A stretch of DNA of 64,000 bases. It comes from Trichoplax adhaerens (Eukaryota; Animalia; Placozoa). Shown piece by piece: positions 27,261 through 40,860 of the stretch. The position numbers were made by a program, and so were the translations under genes. The DNA lies in contig NW_002060964.1 in the NCBI RefSeq assembly GCF_000150275.1, positions 487,643-551,642 of the forward strand. Direction: 5' to 3'. Under the pieces are notes generated by a model. The model searched no databases, had not been told where the DNA came from, and was given only the letters and a program-made list of their open reading frames with translations. Position 1 is the first letter of the stretch; each line of letters opens with the position of its first letter.

Positions 27261-30200
27261 ATGGAAACTAAACCACCTGACAGGTAGAACTAGCGATGAT
27301 GATAATACAAAAATAATGTTGGCTTTATTTAGATAAAATATGTCTAACTTCTTCATCTTTGGCAGCGGATAAGATTGAGTTCAATCCTAGCCTTGAGCAA
27401 CGCTTTGTTATTTCTTGATAGACCGGTTAATTCTTCTAATGACTGTTAGGAAATAGAGTCCAATAACCGATTAAATAATTCGCAGATAACGTTCAATTTA
27501 TTCTTTACCTTTGATATAACAGTTGCTATTCTGTGTCTGTTATATCCAATTCTAAGAATGGAATAATCCATTTCCAGTCATAGAACTGTTTGTGATAAAT
27601 ATCCATTGTAGCATATCCTAAAGTCATCTGATTGATTACAGACTAGGGGTATGCTAGTACGAAAATGGAAAAGCAGACAAACCGCAGCTTGTTCTAACTA
27701 TTTAGTATTACCGTCACGGAATAGAAATTCTCTTCTTATGATTTTAATAACATACTATTTCTATTCTAACACTGAAATAGTCAATAATTTATCTCCCAAA
27801 TGTAAAGGATGTAATCGTCTACAGTACAGTATGTATTAATTTTTTGGGTGAATATTACAGTAGCAAACTTAGATTACCTAAACTAGGGACAGCTAGATCT
27901 CAGACTGAACTCCCTCTCGAAGCTATAGTTATCGCTACTAAATTATCTACTAAAACTACTGGACTATTCTAACGACTAAATATGCGAGTAGCATCTTTGA
28001 CGTTAATGATCTCCTGCAGGCTGGTGCCGGTATCTTACTATTGATCATCGAATTTTTCCGTTTTTCCGTTGTCCGCTCGTTATTTTATGATATTTTAATA
28101 ATTTCTATTAGTGTTTGTATTATCCAAATGGCTTGAATTAATTTGAGGGTTTATACTGTAGGCATTTCTGGCCAGTATATAACATAAAAACGATTCGTTT
28201 TTATACCGTAAAATAATAGAAAAGTTTAATCTTACGCCATAGTTTTCTTACCGTATATGCCTATTTCACCTGTAGAAGCTTTATTTACTGAGATTGGAGA
28301 TCAATTTAGTGTTTTCAAGTACATCAATCAAAGATCAACTATCGCAGCTAGTTATTATTCAGATCAAGATAGTGGTGATCACTACTATTAGACCCTCTGT
28401 CGTTTTTCTTCAAGTGTAATAGAACCAGTTCACATGCTCATGGATATAGAGCAAAAATTTTTGATTATTACATACATTAAATGATCTATATGGAGATCTA
28501 AATAAAACACAATCAGTAAAACAGGTGATACACCACTGTCTTAATGTATCGATAAGCTGGATTCGAGTTCCTCTCTAAATCAAATCATCTCGTTTTACTT
28601 TATAAACTACGCTGTTTAATTCATTTCCAAATCCACATTTCTCAACACAGCAGGTGCCTAACTTCATAAAATTCGAACAAAATCGCATAGGTACTAATAC
28701 TATTGGAACTGCTATCTAATATTATTCCTTAGAATAACTTAGTAGCCAATTATAGTTAATACTTATTCAGATATCGCTATACACTACCATCATCTCATGA
28801 ATAATTCATATTATTTCATTATTTCCATTATTATCTATCAATCTTAATTCTCATACCATATTTGTTAAGCATATCTGATTCTAATGAATTAGCCAACAAA
28901 ATTAAAATCATTAACTCCATCTCCAGTGAGTAATATCTATACTCCAATCATAAACGGCATTCAAAAATGATTTTCTTTTGAAACTCATGGAAAACTCGAT
29001 ACTTGGATAAGGATAATCTTAACTAAGAATTTTGATCGTTTTACATAATAGGAGTATTTTCAATCGATTTACAATTTAGTTACTAATTCAATTTTATTTT
29101 TATTTCAGGTACTACATAGTTTATTTCTTATTACTTATTCTTGGGATTACTACTACCTTGCCAATGCACATATTTTATACTGCATCAACGGTAAGGGAAT
29201 ATTCATTATCATTTTTCAATGGATTTGCTCAGCAGTCGGAAATAGTGCTGATTAATGTGATTTACTTCTTCAATTAATTTATGTGAACATCTGCTGACGC
29301 AGTACTTTTCAGCTCAGTTGGAAGGAACACCATATCAGCATGTTATCGAGAATTATATGATGTTAGCTTATAGCTTACCTACTATAATTGTTGGCGCAGT
29401 GAATATTATGCTGCTTCGAAGGTAAGCGGGCTTTGAAATTAATCGCTATCGATTTTGATAATCATAGCTTTAAATCTATCCTATCAGCAAATGATCAACA
29501 GCTAAGGCGCATATAATATATATATTTTATTCTTGCTCTAGAATTGATGTAAGAAAGCGTATTATATTCTCTCTATCAGTTCTCATAGTCTCTTTTATAG
29601 CTACGACTGTCCTGGCCAAATTGAACACATCCAACTGTAAGTGTAGTTAAGCAAAATTCTCACAGTTTACAATCCAATCCAACGGTATTGTTACCACTAT
29701 CAGTGAAAGAACTCTCGAATTACTGAGTGCGCCCGATTATGTATTGTGGTGTATGATTTTCGATAGATAGTCGCGGTAAAGGGTATTAGACATTCAAATA
29801 CTAATTGGGGATTTCACTTCAATTCTAACTGTCAGCAAAGTTGAACGCAAACTTTATTTATAAATCAGTCAATTCAAAGTAATTCCATGCAAACATTAGT
29901 TATCGGTCCATAAATAAAATTATAAAAATTACGCTCGTATCTATTGAAAATATATAAAGCGTCGTAGATAAAGTAATACTAGCACATTTCTAGATTAGTA
30001 ATCTTAAGGAAACCATGTTACGATATCTATGCAAAATTTGCTGCATAACAGGTATATTAATTAGTTTATCTATTGTTTAGAGATGGTTTAGCTCATTTTT
30101 AAATGATTTTTGATAACGCAAGTTGTGATGTAATTGTAATGTCTAGTATGCGGCGATCAGCTTAGGACTGTACTAATAAAATTATCGTATGGTTGATTAG

Positions 30201-33200
30201 GATTATCTTACCCTTGTTATAAATTACTTTAATAATTAGGACAGTAATTTAAACCATTTCATTGGAATAGGTAGACTTTGATTATAACCTTTTCCTACAC
30301 TATAACTTGCGAATTAATTAATTTACGTCGTAAGACTTTAAAATCGTTATTTCTAACCTAAGGTATCCTCTCTCAAATGCATTTTAAACCAGATGGCTAA
30401 AATTTGGATAATACTCATGTTAATAATTCTATAATCGATGCAGTCAGTAATCGTTATAATTTTTCAGCTCGAATCACTGCTTTAATTTGATAATTGCATG
30501 CAATTTCTAAAATGCTGGCATAAAATAACTTTGGTAAAAATTACTCAAGGGATAAATGCCGTATAAACTATAGATCAATTTATTCTTTTTCTACTTGTAT
30601 TACAGGGAAATATACCTTTTTCGTTCTAACTCTAACGATCATCGTCCTGAGCAGCAGTAAGTAGGAAATGAATAATTGAGTAGCATCGACAAATTACCAT
30701 AATGAATAGATATGGTTTCATTAAACCAAATAGATTCGTAGCTTTATAACCATGATTTTCTAAATCAATAAATAAGAGGTAACTAAAATCAATATGTTGC
30801 AATAGCTCATCGAATATGAGCGATAATCCTTAAAATGCTAAAAGATTAAAGTTCTAATACCTTAATCTTGTTACTTTATACGCGATATCAATATAGTTTA
30901 TATATATATTACTTCCTGAATGTATTAATATAGCTTACAAGATAAAACCGTACATATTCACGATTTCACTTTAAACTAAGATTAGAACAAGATTACAGTT
31001 TTGAATGGTACCATTTGACTTCTTACTCTCATCCACTAGTTAATTCTATAGGTAATCATATGTGCCTATAAGATCAACTATTTTAGACTACTCTTGCCTT
31101 ACAGTAGCTTAATCAGTGTGAGGCTGTTAACTGCCTATCAAAACTAAATGCGATAGCATCCTTTAGGACACGACGGTTTAATACGTAATATCTGCTGATT
31201 TTAATCCAGCTAATAGTACCATGTTCTACCTGCAGCACTAAGCAGTTTAGAAAAATCGTGATAGTCTTACATGTAAGTGATAATTCAGTGAGATTATGGC
31301 CTAATGCTCTTCTTCATATTATTTTGTTTGAAAGTGCCGAATAAATATTTCGTTTTCTTCAATTTTAGCCATCATCGATACGTCATAAGAAGTAGTTTAT
31401 CTTGTACATTAATAATAAAAGCTAATAACTGCAAGGTCTTAAGCTCGTGATTGGGAGGATTAATATGCATCTATATTAGGCTTTAAATGTAGATTCCTTC
31501 TTAACCAACATTTGCTGTTCTATTCTCGCTCTATGCTCTTTTCCTGCAAATGAAACCATAAAGCATTTGGGGGTACAATTTATTGTGCAAGCCTTTTCGG
31601 ATTGGTTAGCATTTTTCCTAAAGAATATTCGCAAGCCCTAATTATTGGGAATGTAAGAGATTTAAGACGCTTTAATACTATTATGGAAATAATTTTGTAA
31701 TTAATGAACATTTAAAATTTACTACATTAAATTAGAATAAAGCTTTAATCACAGATTGGTGCTCATTTATTCCCTTTAGTTTGCGGCAGCGTATTAATAA
31801 TAGAATACATTGCTTGAAACTTTCTTGTAGGCTCTATCCGGCATCTTTACTGCGCTAGCCAATATCATGTCTTTAGTCGGTATGATAGAAGTAATTACTG
31901 TCAATGAGGAAAAATATTTTCATCGTTGCAGACTAATATCACTTAATAGTAGTCAAAAGTTTTCTGCATCTATTCTAATACAAACTGCTTTCTAATCATT
32001 CCTTTAGTTACGCATTCTGCCAGGCGCAGCGGAGTGGGCTACTTTATTAGTGGAACTGCAATACTGGTGATAGCCATGATTATTCAACTAGTACTGGAGA
32101 AAAATGTCAGTTTTGAATGTACTATCTAGTCATAAGTTTTAGATAGCAACATGTAGTTTTGTTACGAGAACAAAGCTCAATTATAAAGTCTATAGAGTCG
32201 TAAATTAAATGTCATAAGTGATTTAAGCTTAATTTTCATCTTAGGTCTTCGCAAGATATTATATGAAAGCGCATCTAGAATACGGTCAGGATCTCATCAA
32301 TTAATTTTAATAGGAGTAAAAATTTCGATTGATGATCATTATAATGAGTGGATAGTTATATAGTACAATTATTAAATGGATTCATGATAGATGTGCAGCA
32401 GAAAAAGAAATTGCTGGAAGATGATGAAGCACAACTCAGTGATACTGATGACGAAGATATGTATGTTCCATACGGAAATAATAAATTGAAGCGTCTACAT
32501 TATGTTTTCATGAAGGTAATCCAGTATGCTAGCATAATAAACCGACAACTTTAGATATTGCAGCGGCTTATAATGGAAGAAGAATATTTTACCAATATAA
32601 TCTATACCTTTATTTCTTTCTAGATATGGCCCATTGCATTAGCCGCATTCTGGTGTAATGTGATTTCCTTTTGTGTATTTCCAAGCGTCGTAACTCGTGG
32701 TATTTCTATTTATCGAAAAAGTAACACCTTATTAACAGGTATCTATGTTTATTACTGTAATAATAATGATTCAGTAATAAGACTAAGGTATCGGGCATGA
32801 TATCAATCTTGGACTTTGGTATCTTCATAGAAACGATATAGTTGAGTTACTAGTAAGAGAATTAAATTATAAACAAGCTGCCACCATGGCTTTTGATACC
32901 ATTAATCCCATCCTCTTTAAGGATGGTATCCTTTCCTTTATACTATAAAAGAAAAGAGAGTTTTGCATAGGATGGCTATAGAATCAAAGCAGAAAGGATA
33001 TACCAATAAAGCATTACGTTAATGTGTGTAACTGTTAGTATTGAACGTCATCGTCACATTTAGAACTGCCACGGTCTTGATATTAAAAACTTATTCCATG
33101 AAAACCTCTGAATGCTATACTAAAGTAGTAAATACGCTGCCGTATTGTTTTTGCATGCACAGTGTAATAAATCAGTGCCTCGAAGATTGCGCTACTCTAA

Positions 33201-35111
33201 GATGGTATATGCTGTAATGATATAGCTTGTGATCCAGTTTTAATTGGACATTAAGCTGTTCAATAGTCATTAATATATTCCAGAGATTACGCAAATCTAC
33301 CGCTCTCAATTGTGTCTATGCAATGTTATGTTATTAGCAGTTGATTTTTCGTTTATATTTCTGTCTCTATCATAACATAAGCACTCAGAGAAGTCTTAAT
33401 GAAAGTAAATGTTACGATATCTCTGATCGTACGTGCTGTTTATACAAAGAGCAATACCAAAGCATTCCATAGTCTTACAGAAAACGCAAGGAAGAATTTC
33501 CAACTCTAAAAACACTTAATCGCTTTAAAAAAACACTTAAAATACTACTGTAAATTGCAAGCGACAGGCTCATGAAGCATTTAATACCGGTAATCCTCTG
33601 TATTAACGACATTATCTTATGGCTAAATCAAGCATCTTAGTTTCCGCTTTTGATAACTATCCATACTCAAACAGAAATGCCACTGAAATCTCTAACCCCG
33701 ATACGTTATGAATATTATAAAAGGGATTTTTATTTTAATGTAAATAAAAAATTATATTGCACGTCTGTTAGATACAATATTATAGGTGTCAATCTAACTC
33801 GTATACTGTTGAAGTAATTTTATTTTTTTATTACATTATACCAGGTCCTCTATTTATACCTGTAACATGCTTTCTAATGGATGCTACTGCCGATATTGTT
33901 GGTCGAATTCTCTCCAGATGGATACTATTTGTAAGTTAAGGAATGCATTTATGACATTATTGATAAGGCATGAAAGATTATCCTTTAAAAAATGAGTCTA
34001 ATAACATTGAATTAAAACTGCTTATATACATAATCTAAATTGTAGCAAACAAGTAATTTTCTGCAAATTTATGCTATAATATTTTTTATCAAACGCGCAT
34101 CTTCTTCAAAGCAACAGTTACAATTGTAGATGATGTACTTAATTGATTAATTAATGGTGATTTCATTAGTTAAAACAACTTATTATTAATACATCAATAT
34201 GCACTGATGAGGATGAAATGATACATTTGCAATGAGCTGATAAATTATTTACAAACTAAAATTAGAATTATAACGTTCATTACTAATCGTATAGCAAACT
34301 AGATCAGGCCAGATTTTTCATTGCAGTTCACGTCTTTAAACAATTCTTCCACATTTATGCCATATAATAGAATGAACCTTTATAAGTGTACAATAGCTAA
34401 TATTAGCTAAGTAGCCAATTTGCTCCTTCATTTATTAAAATATATTTTACGATAAAGCTGCCATGATTAGTACCATTGATCAAACTTTAGCACGATATAT
34501 TAGAATTAAGTTTGTATATAAAATTAAATGGCCACAAAAAATGATTTTATCAATTTCTTAATTAATCAGTAAAAGAACTTGATTGTTTTTAATTTCTATT
34601 TCATAACCTGAATGTAAATGGATCTAGCCTAGGCAAAATCAAGGGATATTGTTGCTTTTAATATCCTTATGCAGAGTTATCTTTATCCCACTCTTCCTTT
34701 ATTGTAATATCCATCCACGAAAGCATCTGCCAGTAAAGATCTACAGCGATATCGCTTATATGGTATTGATTATGCTGTGTGGCTTTTCTCATGGGTATAT
34801 AACTACGTTATGTACTATGTATGCGGGAAAGTAAGTTCCATATTTAGCTTAAAGTAGGTTCAACTTTGCATTTATAGCTATTCGTCATTTCACCAAATTT
34901 ATTGATTATAAATGAGAAAATTTTAAAGATATTGCACATAAGATCATACCTTATCGAATTACTTAATCCTATCATGTAATTCTACAATATTATTTTTAGG
35001 CGAGTTCCACCTCAATTTAGCGAATCGGCAGGAGCAATTATCTATTATTTCGTTACTGTTGGGATTGCCGCAGGTACAGCGGCATCATTTGTAGCAGTTT
35101 CAATACTTTAG
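27261..35111 (+). CDS. ENT/SLC29 paralog D (14 exons, about 428 aa)
   Basis: Exons 27261-27283, 29109-29190, 29303-29421, 29542-29636, 30606-30656, 31564-31652, 31831-31879, 32008-32105, 32245-32284, 32391-32515, 32624-32738, 33845-33930, 34628-34830, 35000-35111; total 1287 nt open frame. METKPPDRY...SLFGLVSIFP...ADIVGR...PLFLYCNIHPR...SHGY...ESAGA. Confidence 0.92.
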
Positions 35112-35994
35112 TTTATCGACATTATAGGATGCTAAAGATACTATATTTGATCTGTTGAAAATTTTTGTATTTCGTATTTATTTGAAAACTGAACATTTAC
35201 CATATGAATGATAGAAAACAAGGCATAAGATATGATTACAGATTATGCCATGAAAGATTTCCTTGCATTTATCATAAAATCTATCAATAATTATATCTGA
35301 ACTTTATATGAGAGAAGTAATATACTTTGATTTCAATAAATTTGCAAATATTAACGCAGTTTATAAATATATGATTGATTACTTATTGAGGGATTGATGA
35401 TATCTATGACGACAAAGTTATAGTATCGAATAATAACTGGTTATCAAGATTATCTTACAATTATAAATCTCTACTTCCTGTACTGATGCCAGCCTTTCCT
35501 TCGAATATCTTGACACAGGCATCTGAAGTATGCAATTTCAATGACAACAAATCCTCAATGCCTACCCCATTAAGCAGCAATAGATCATAATCTCAGTATC
35601 ATAACTATAGGTTAAAATAAATTTACAGATAGCTTGATGATTAAGCCTTCAAGGGCGTGAGAAGCCTCAATATATAGCACGTTATGAATGAAGTGGATTC
35701 GAGACATGAACCTCAATATCATCGTAACGAGATCTGTAGATAGCTCAATAACTTCATCTTGAAAGGTACAATAATCCTCAATGCAGATAAAATTCCTGTT
35801 TTCTTCAGGTTAGAGTCTCACTTTTGCTTGAGTGAACTTTTTATCCTATACTATTAGTTATGCTGTCTTGTTTACTACTTACTATACATATTATTTTTCT
35901 TCTCTTCATTTATTAACTAGCTAATTTCCTTATCACAAAATTGATATAGTAAAATTTATCTGAGTATGTTTACTATAGTTCTATGCAAGCCCTT

Positions 35995-36510
35995 AATCTA
36001 GCCGAATGCAACTACTAGAAGAACTTTAGGCGATTGATTAAATCATCTAAAATTGCCAGCTTATATACTTTTCGTAGCATCTGCAGCTGTAAGCACAAAT
36101 TTGTATCAGCCAGTTTTAGGGCAAATTTAGATGAGTAGAAATAGTTAGGTTACTGGCTTTACATCAGTTACTGGGGAAATTGCTTTACAAGACGTTATAG
36201 ATTGTTGATCACAAAGTTACTATGGTGAGATAATCGTTTCTCTTGCAAGCTGAAATTATCTAGTTACAGATCGGCGCCTGTGCTCACAAACATTTTACGA
36301 ATAGCAATATAAATTGAATTTGTGAAGTATAGGTCTAATATCCTTGGAAAAGGTCCATTTTCAACGCGTAAGAATGGTATTCGATCTATAAAAGTGGATT
36401 GATGTGATGTAGTCGACTTACAATCTTAGAAATCTTTGATCGTCTATATCCCTAGGGGAACGACAGAGGATTGATTGCGTTAGGCTAAATTATTTCTTTA
36501 TTGAATCTTG
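35995..36510. repeat. Copy of the gene D upstream region, partly inverted
   Basis: About 35995-36170 matches 26190-26360 directly (aatcatctaaa.ttgcc.gctta.atacttttcgtagca.ctgca). About 36170-36510 matches 26445-26800 as a reverse complement (tgctcacaaacatttta vs taaaatgtttgtgagca; tccctaggggaa vs ttcccctaggga). Confidence 0.85.
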
Positions 36511-36659
36511 CTATAAATCATCGGGGCGTTATTCTAGAACACGTTTCCCGTGACTATTTAGTACTATCAGTTTACATCTCTATATAAAAGGACAATATTA
36601 AATGCCTGGATTTAAGAAATATGCTAGAGTTGCAGTATAATCTAAGTACGCTTCAAATT

Positions 36660-39478
36660 CAACTATAAATAGCTTGCCACCTTGGCTTTCGACACTGTTG
36701 ATTAACCTAGTTTACGTGTGATATTAAAAATGTTTCATTAAATTTCTGATGGTGTATACCGTAATGATATAGTTTGTAATACTGTCTTAATTGGACATAA
36801 TCCAGTCCAAAGTCATTGATACATTTAATAAATTACGCGAATCTACCGTTCTTAATTATATCTATGCGATTTTTATAATTCGCTATCGTGAATGATCTTA
36901 CTGGAGGCAAATATCACTACATCTCTAATTGTATATACTGCCTATACAAAAAGTAATACAAAAGTATACTATGGTCTTACACGAAATGTGAGGAAAAATT
37001 TCCATCTCTAAAATCAGTTTCTCGCTTCTAAATGCATTTAAAGACATTACCATAGCGCCACAGGCAGCAGGATTATAGAGCATTTTATTTGAGCACCTAT
37101 ATATTTAATTACCTTTATAATCCTCTATTTTAGGGGCATTATTTTACGGCTAAATTACATAATTGATTTTCCGCTATTGATAGCTTCATACTCAGAAATA
37201 TCACTTAAATCCCTAACTTCTGATACCTTATAATTATTATAAAACTGATTCTTATTTTACTGTAAATAGAATATTATATTGCACTACTAATAGAAATGAT
37301 ATTACAGATGTCCATCTAGCTCATACGTTGTTGATGTAATAATATTTTTCCACTATGTTATACCAAGTCATCTATTTATACCTGCAGTATGCTTTCTAAT
37401 AGATGCCACATCCGATATTGTTGGTCGATTTCTCTCCAGATGGATACTATTTTTAAGTTTAGGAATCACCTAAGATTAATAAAGCATGATAGACTATCCT
37501 TTAAGAATGAGTCTAACAACATTGCATCGAAACTGATATTATACGTTTTATAAAATATAGCAAATAGGTTATTTTTGCCATTTTAAAGTATAATATTCTT
37601 CTACCTTATTAAAATATTGTGATATATATCCATCACGAAATTCCAAATTTTAGAAAATAAGGGCTTTATTGAATCTTATACAAAGATTAACTACACACAG
37701 CTCTACTCTAGCCGAATACTACTATTAAAGACTTCTAGAACGAACTAACAGAATAATCTAAAGTTGTATGCTTTTATACTTTCCGTAGCATTCGCAGCTA
37801 CAATCCGCATAGCAACCTTTTACCTTATTTTACACATAGTTAAATTATTCTTAGTAAGACTATTCTACTGCGGACCATCATTAATCCAATATGGATACGA
37901 CTACAGTGCTTACGTAGACATTATTCACACCAGCCAAAGTACAATGAATTAACCATATCCTAATATATGATTTACAGTTCTATTTTTACCTATAGCCTTA
38001 TTAGTAACTCAACAGCTTACTGTATATAGTCATCTGTACTCTAGCATAGAGTCTCTACCACTACAGTCTATAGTTATAGCTACCAAATATCTCTTAGGAT
38101 AAATATCTACCGTACATTATACTAAACATGGCTAACAGTCTACAATCACAATACTAAGTTACATTACAAATATATTTTACAGTGAAGTTTGAATCAACAG
38201 TAGCATTAAGATGACTTTAACATGGTATATAAGAATTAAGTTTGTCTATAAAAGTAAATTTTTCCGTAATAAATGATTTTATCGATTTCTTAATTAGTAA
38301 TAGGACTTAAATTTATCCAATCTATTATCTCATAACCTGAATACACATGGATCTAACCTAGGTAAAATCCAGGGAAACTGTTGCTTTTAATATCCTTATC
38401 CCACTCATCCTTTATTGCAATATCCATCCACGAAAGCATCTGCCGGTAAATATCTACAGCGATATCGCTTATATGATATTGGTTATGCTGTGTGGTTTTT
38501 CTCGTGGTTATTTGGTAATATTATGTTCTACGTATGTGGGAAAGTAAGTTCCGTATGTAGTTTACAGTACATTCGAATTTCAGATTCACATTCTATTTAC
38601 CATTTCCACAAATTTAAATGATTATAAATGCGAAATTTTTACAGCTATTACACGTAAGGCCATACATTATCAAATTGATAAATACTATAATGTAATTCTA
38701 CAATATTGTTTTTAGACGTGCTCCACCTCAACTCAGCGAATTGGCAGGAGCAATTGCCTATTATTTCTTCACCGTTGGAATTATTGTAGGTACAGGGGCA
38801 TCATTTGGAGCAGCCGTAATACTTTAATTCATCCACGCTATCGGATGCTAAATACATCCTGATATGGTTACAAATTTCTGTGTATAGTATTTATTTGCAA
38901 ACTGTACGATAACTGTATAAGCGATAGAACATGCGGCATAAGGTTTGCCTATAGCTTATGTCACGAAAGATATCCTTGCATTGATCATGAAGTCTATCAA
39001 TCATTATATCCAAACTTTATAAGACAGCAGTAATCTACTTGATTTCAATAAATTTGCAGATACTAAGGCAGTTTATAGTATAAAAGATTACTTATACATT
39101 GAGAAGCTTATGATATCCATGACAACTAGGTTATAGCATAGCAAAGCAACTGGTTGTCTAGTCTATGATACAAATTTAAATCACTATTTCCAGTGCTGAT
39201 GTTAGTCATTTCCTTAAAGCTTGATACAGACGTCGAAAGTATTCAAATTTCAAAGACATCATAATCCTCAATGCTCAACCCATTAAATAGCAATAGGATA
39301 TGATCTCAGTATTATAGCAATAGGTTAAATTGGACGTGCCGATAGCTTAACAGTTCAGCCCCTAAGGACGTGAGAACCCTCAATGCATAGCACCATACGA
39401 ATAACTTAATTCTAGACATAAACCTCAATATCATGGTAACAAGATCTATATCTAACTCAATAACCTCATCTTGAAAAG
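36660..39478 (+). pseudogene. ENT pseudogene D': degraded duplicate of the 3' part of gene D (intron 11 to 3' flank)
   Basis: Collinear with about 32870-35765. The exon 12 copy (37367-37452) has lost its acceptor (cag to caa) and donor (gt to tt). The exon 13 copy (38357-38543) has lost its acceptor (tag to taa), has TAA at its third codon and an internal deletion. The exon 14 copy (38716-38827) is intact. No copies of exons 1-11 seen. Confidence 0.88.
37705..37800 (+). repeat. Third, more diverged copy of the 26190/35995 segment
   Basis: tagccgaata..actatta..gactt..aatctaaagttg..tgctt.tatactttccgtagcattcgcagct aligns by eye with 35998-36090 and 26200-26280. Confidence 0.65.
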
Positions 39479-40860
39479 TGTTATTATTCTCAATTCATAA
39501 TAACATTATTTATCAGTACCTAAATAATATTAGAAAATGATGAAGTTAAATATTCAAAAATACTTAAGATCCCATAAATAAATTATTAGTTATTCTATCA
39601 ATACATTCCTTTAGAAGTTTTTAAATCAAAATTATATTACCGCTGCTATGAAAAAGTTACTTCTCAACAACAGTATCATCATCCTTGTAGGTAATATCTA
39701 GAAATAGATACCACGTACTTGTACAATTATACCGATCCAATGTACAACTTAAACTATTTTCGTGCAATCTTACAACAATAATTTTAAGCCGTGAGGCTGG
39801 TCTGTGATGATTTTATAATTTATCTTAAATTGTGATGCGTTATGAAATAATAAACAGCTACGTTTGACTTGACCTACTTGCTCCATTTCTCTGAATACAA
39901 TATTATAACATTATGGATGTATTGCAACAAAATTATGTTATAGTAACCCTTAATTTAGCATAAACAATATTCTGCAATTCTACAGTATTTCACGAATGCA
40001 ATAGATAATATCTTAGCACTATCGTAATACATCAAAAAGCATATTATTAACTACAGTACACTATAACTATCATAATTCTAGATGCAATGGATGACACAGT
40101 TAGTCTATAGTTTTAGGTGAATGACATTAAGTCAATCTTCTTTAAAAAATCGAATCATTCTATCACTATCAACTAAAACAGAGCGATTTCACTCTCGGAA
40201 AGTACTTTATTTTGATTTTAAAATCTAGATTACAGTATATTCTAATACCCTACAAAATTGAATTGAGTATAAAACATCTATTTTTATTAAAGTTTAGCAA
40301 TGATCAAGACATTACCAAGCATGAACAATGACGATGGGATAATCAACGCATGTATAGCCATCTTCCCCAACAATTTCCCTAGAGTATTGATTCGCCATGG
40401 TGTAGCATCTTCTTCAAATAATCGGCATCCTACTACTTCGTCCTGCTTTCTTAAAAGTAGAGTTCGTTGTTGTTCATTCAATTTGTGCCCTCTATTATCT
40501 TCATCATAATGGAGCGAATAATTTATGGGATAACAGAGCTCTCTACAAAAGAAACATAATACAAGACAAACAATATACTGAATTTGATAGTAATCATTAC
40601 TTTTGTCTAGAGTCTCATGACTTGTCCCCGAAGATTTTAATGTTGAACACGGTAAGATGCAATTCTATAGGGAATACGATTAACAAGACGAAAAGGATCC
40701 CGATGTCATTCCTTAAATCTAGTATTTTCAGACCGATACAGAGTAGAGAGCTTACAAAGTTTTTCGTAGAGGCTAACCCAGTCAGTAAGATACCGTAATT
40801 ATCCAAGTTTTCTCGTTGAGCCTAGTTGAGTCAGAAAAGGAATCGTTTAATCGTTCTATC

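Noticed and set aside
28016-28272. Possible MITE bounded by CAGG...CCTG in intron 1 of gene D
   Set aside because: Terminal complementarity does not extend beyond 4 bp and no target-site duplication is evident.
32391-32416. KKKLL in the central loop as a lysosomal dileucine signal
   Set aside because: It lacks the acidic residue at -4 required by [DE]xxxL[LI], and paralog C has KKAI there.
34204-34220. CTGATGA...GAAA hammerhead-like core
   Set aside because: Only 4 nt lie between the motifs, so stem II cannot form; other CTGATGA sites checked lack a matching GAAA.
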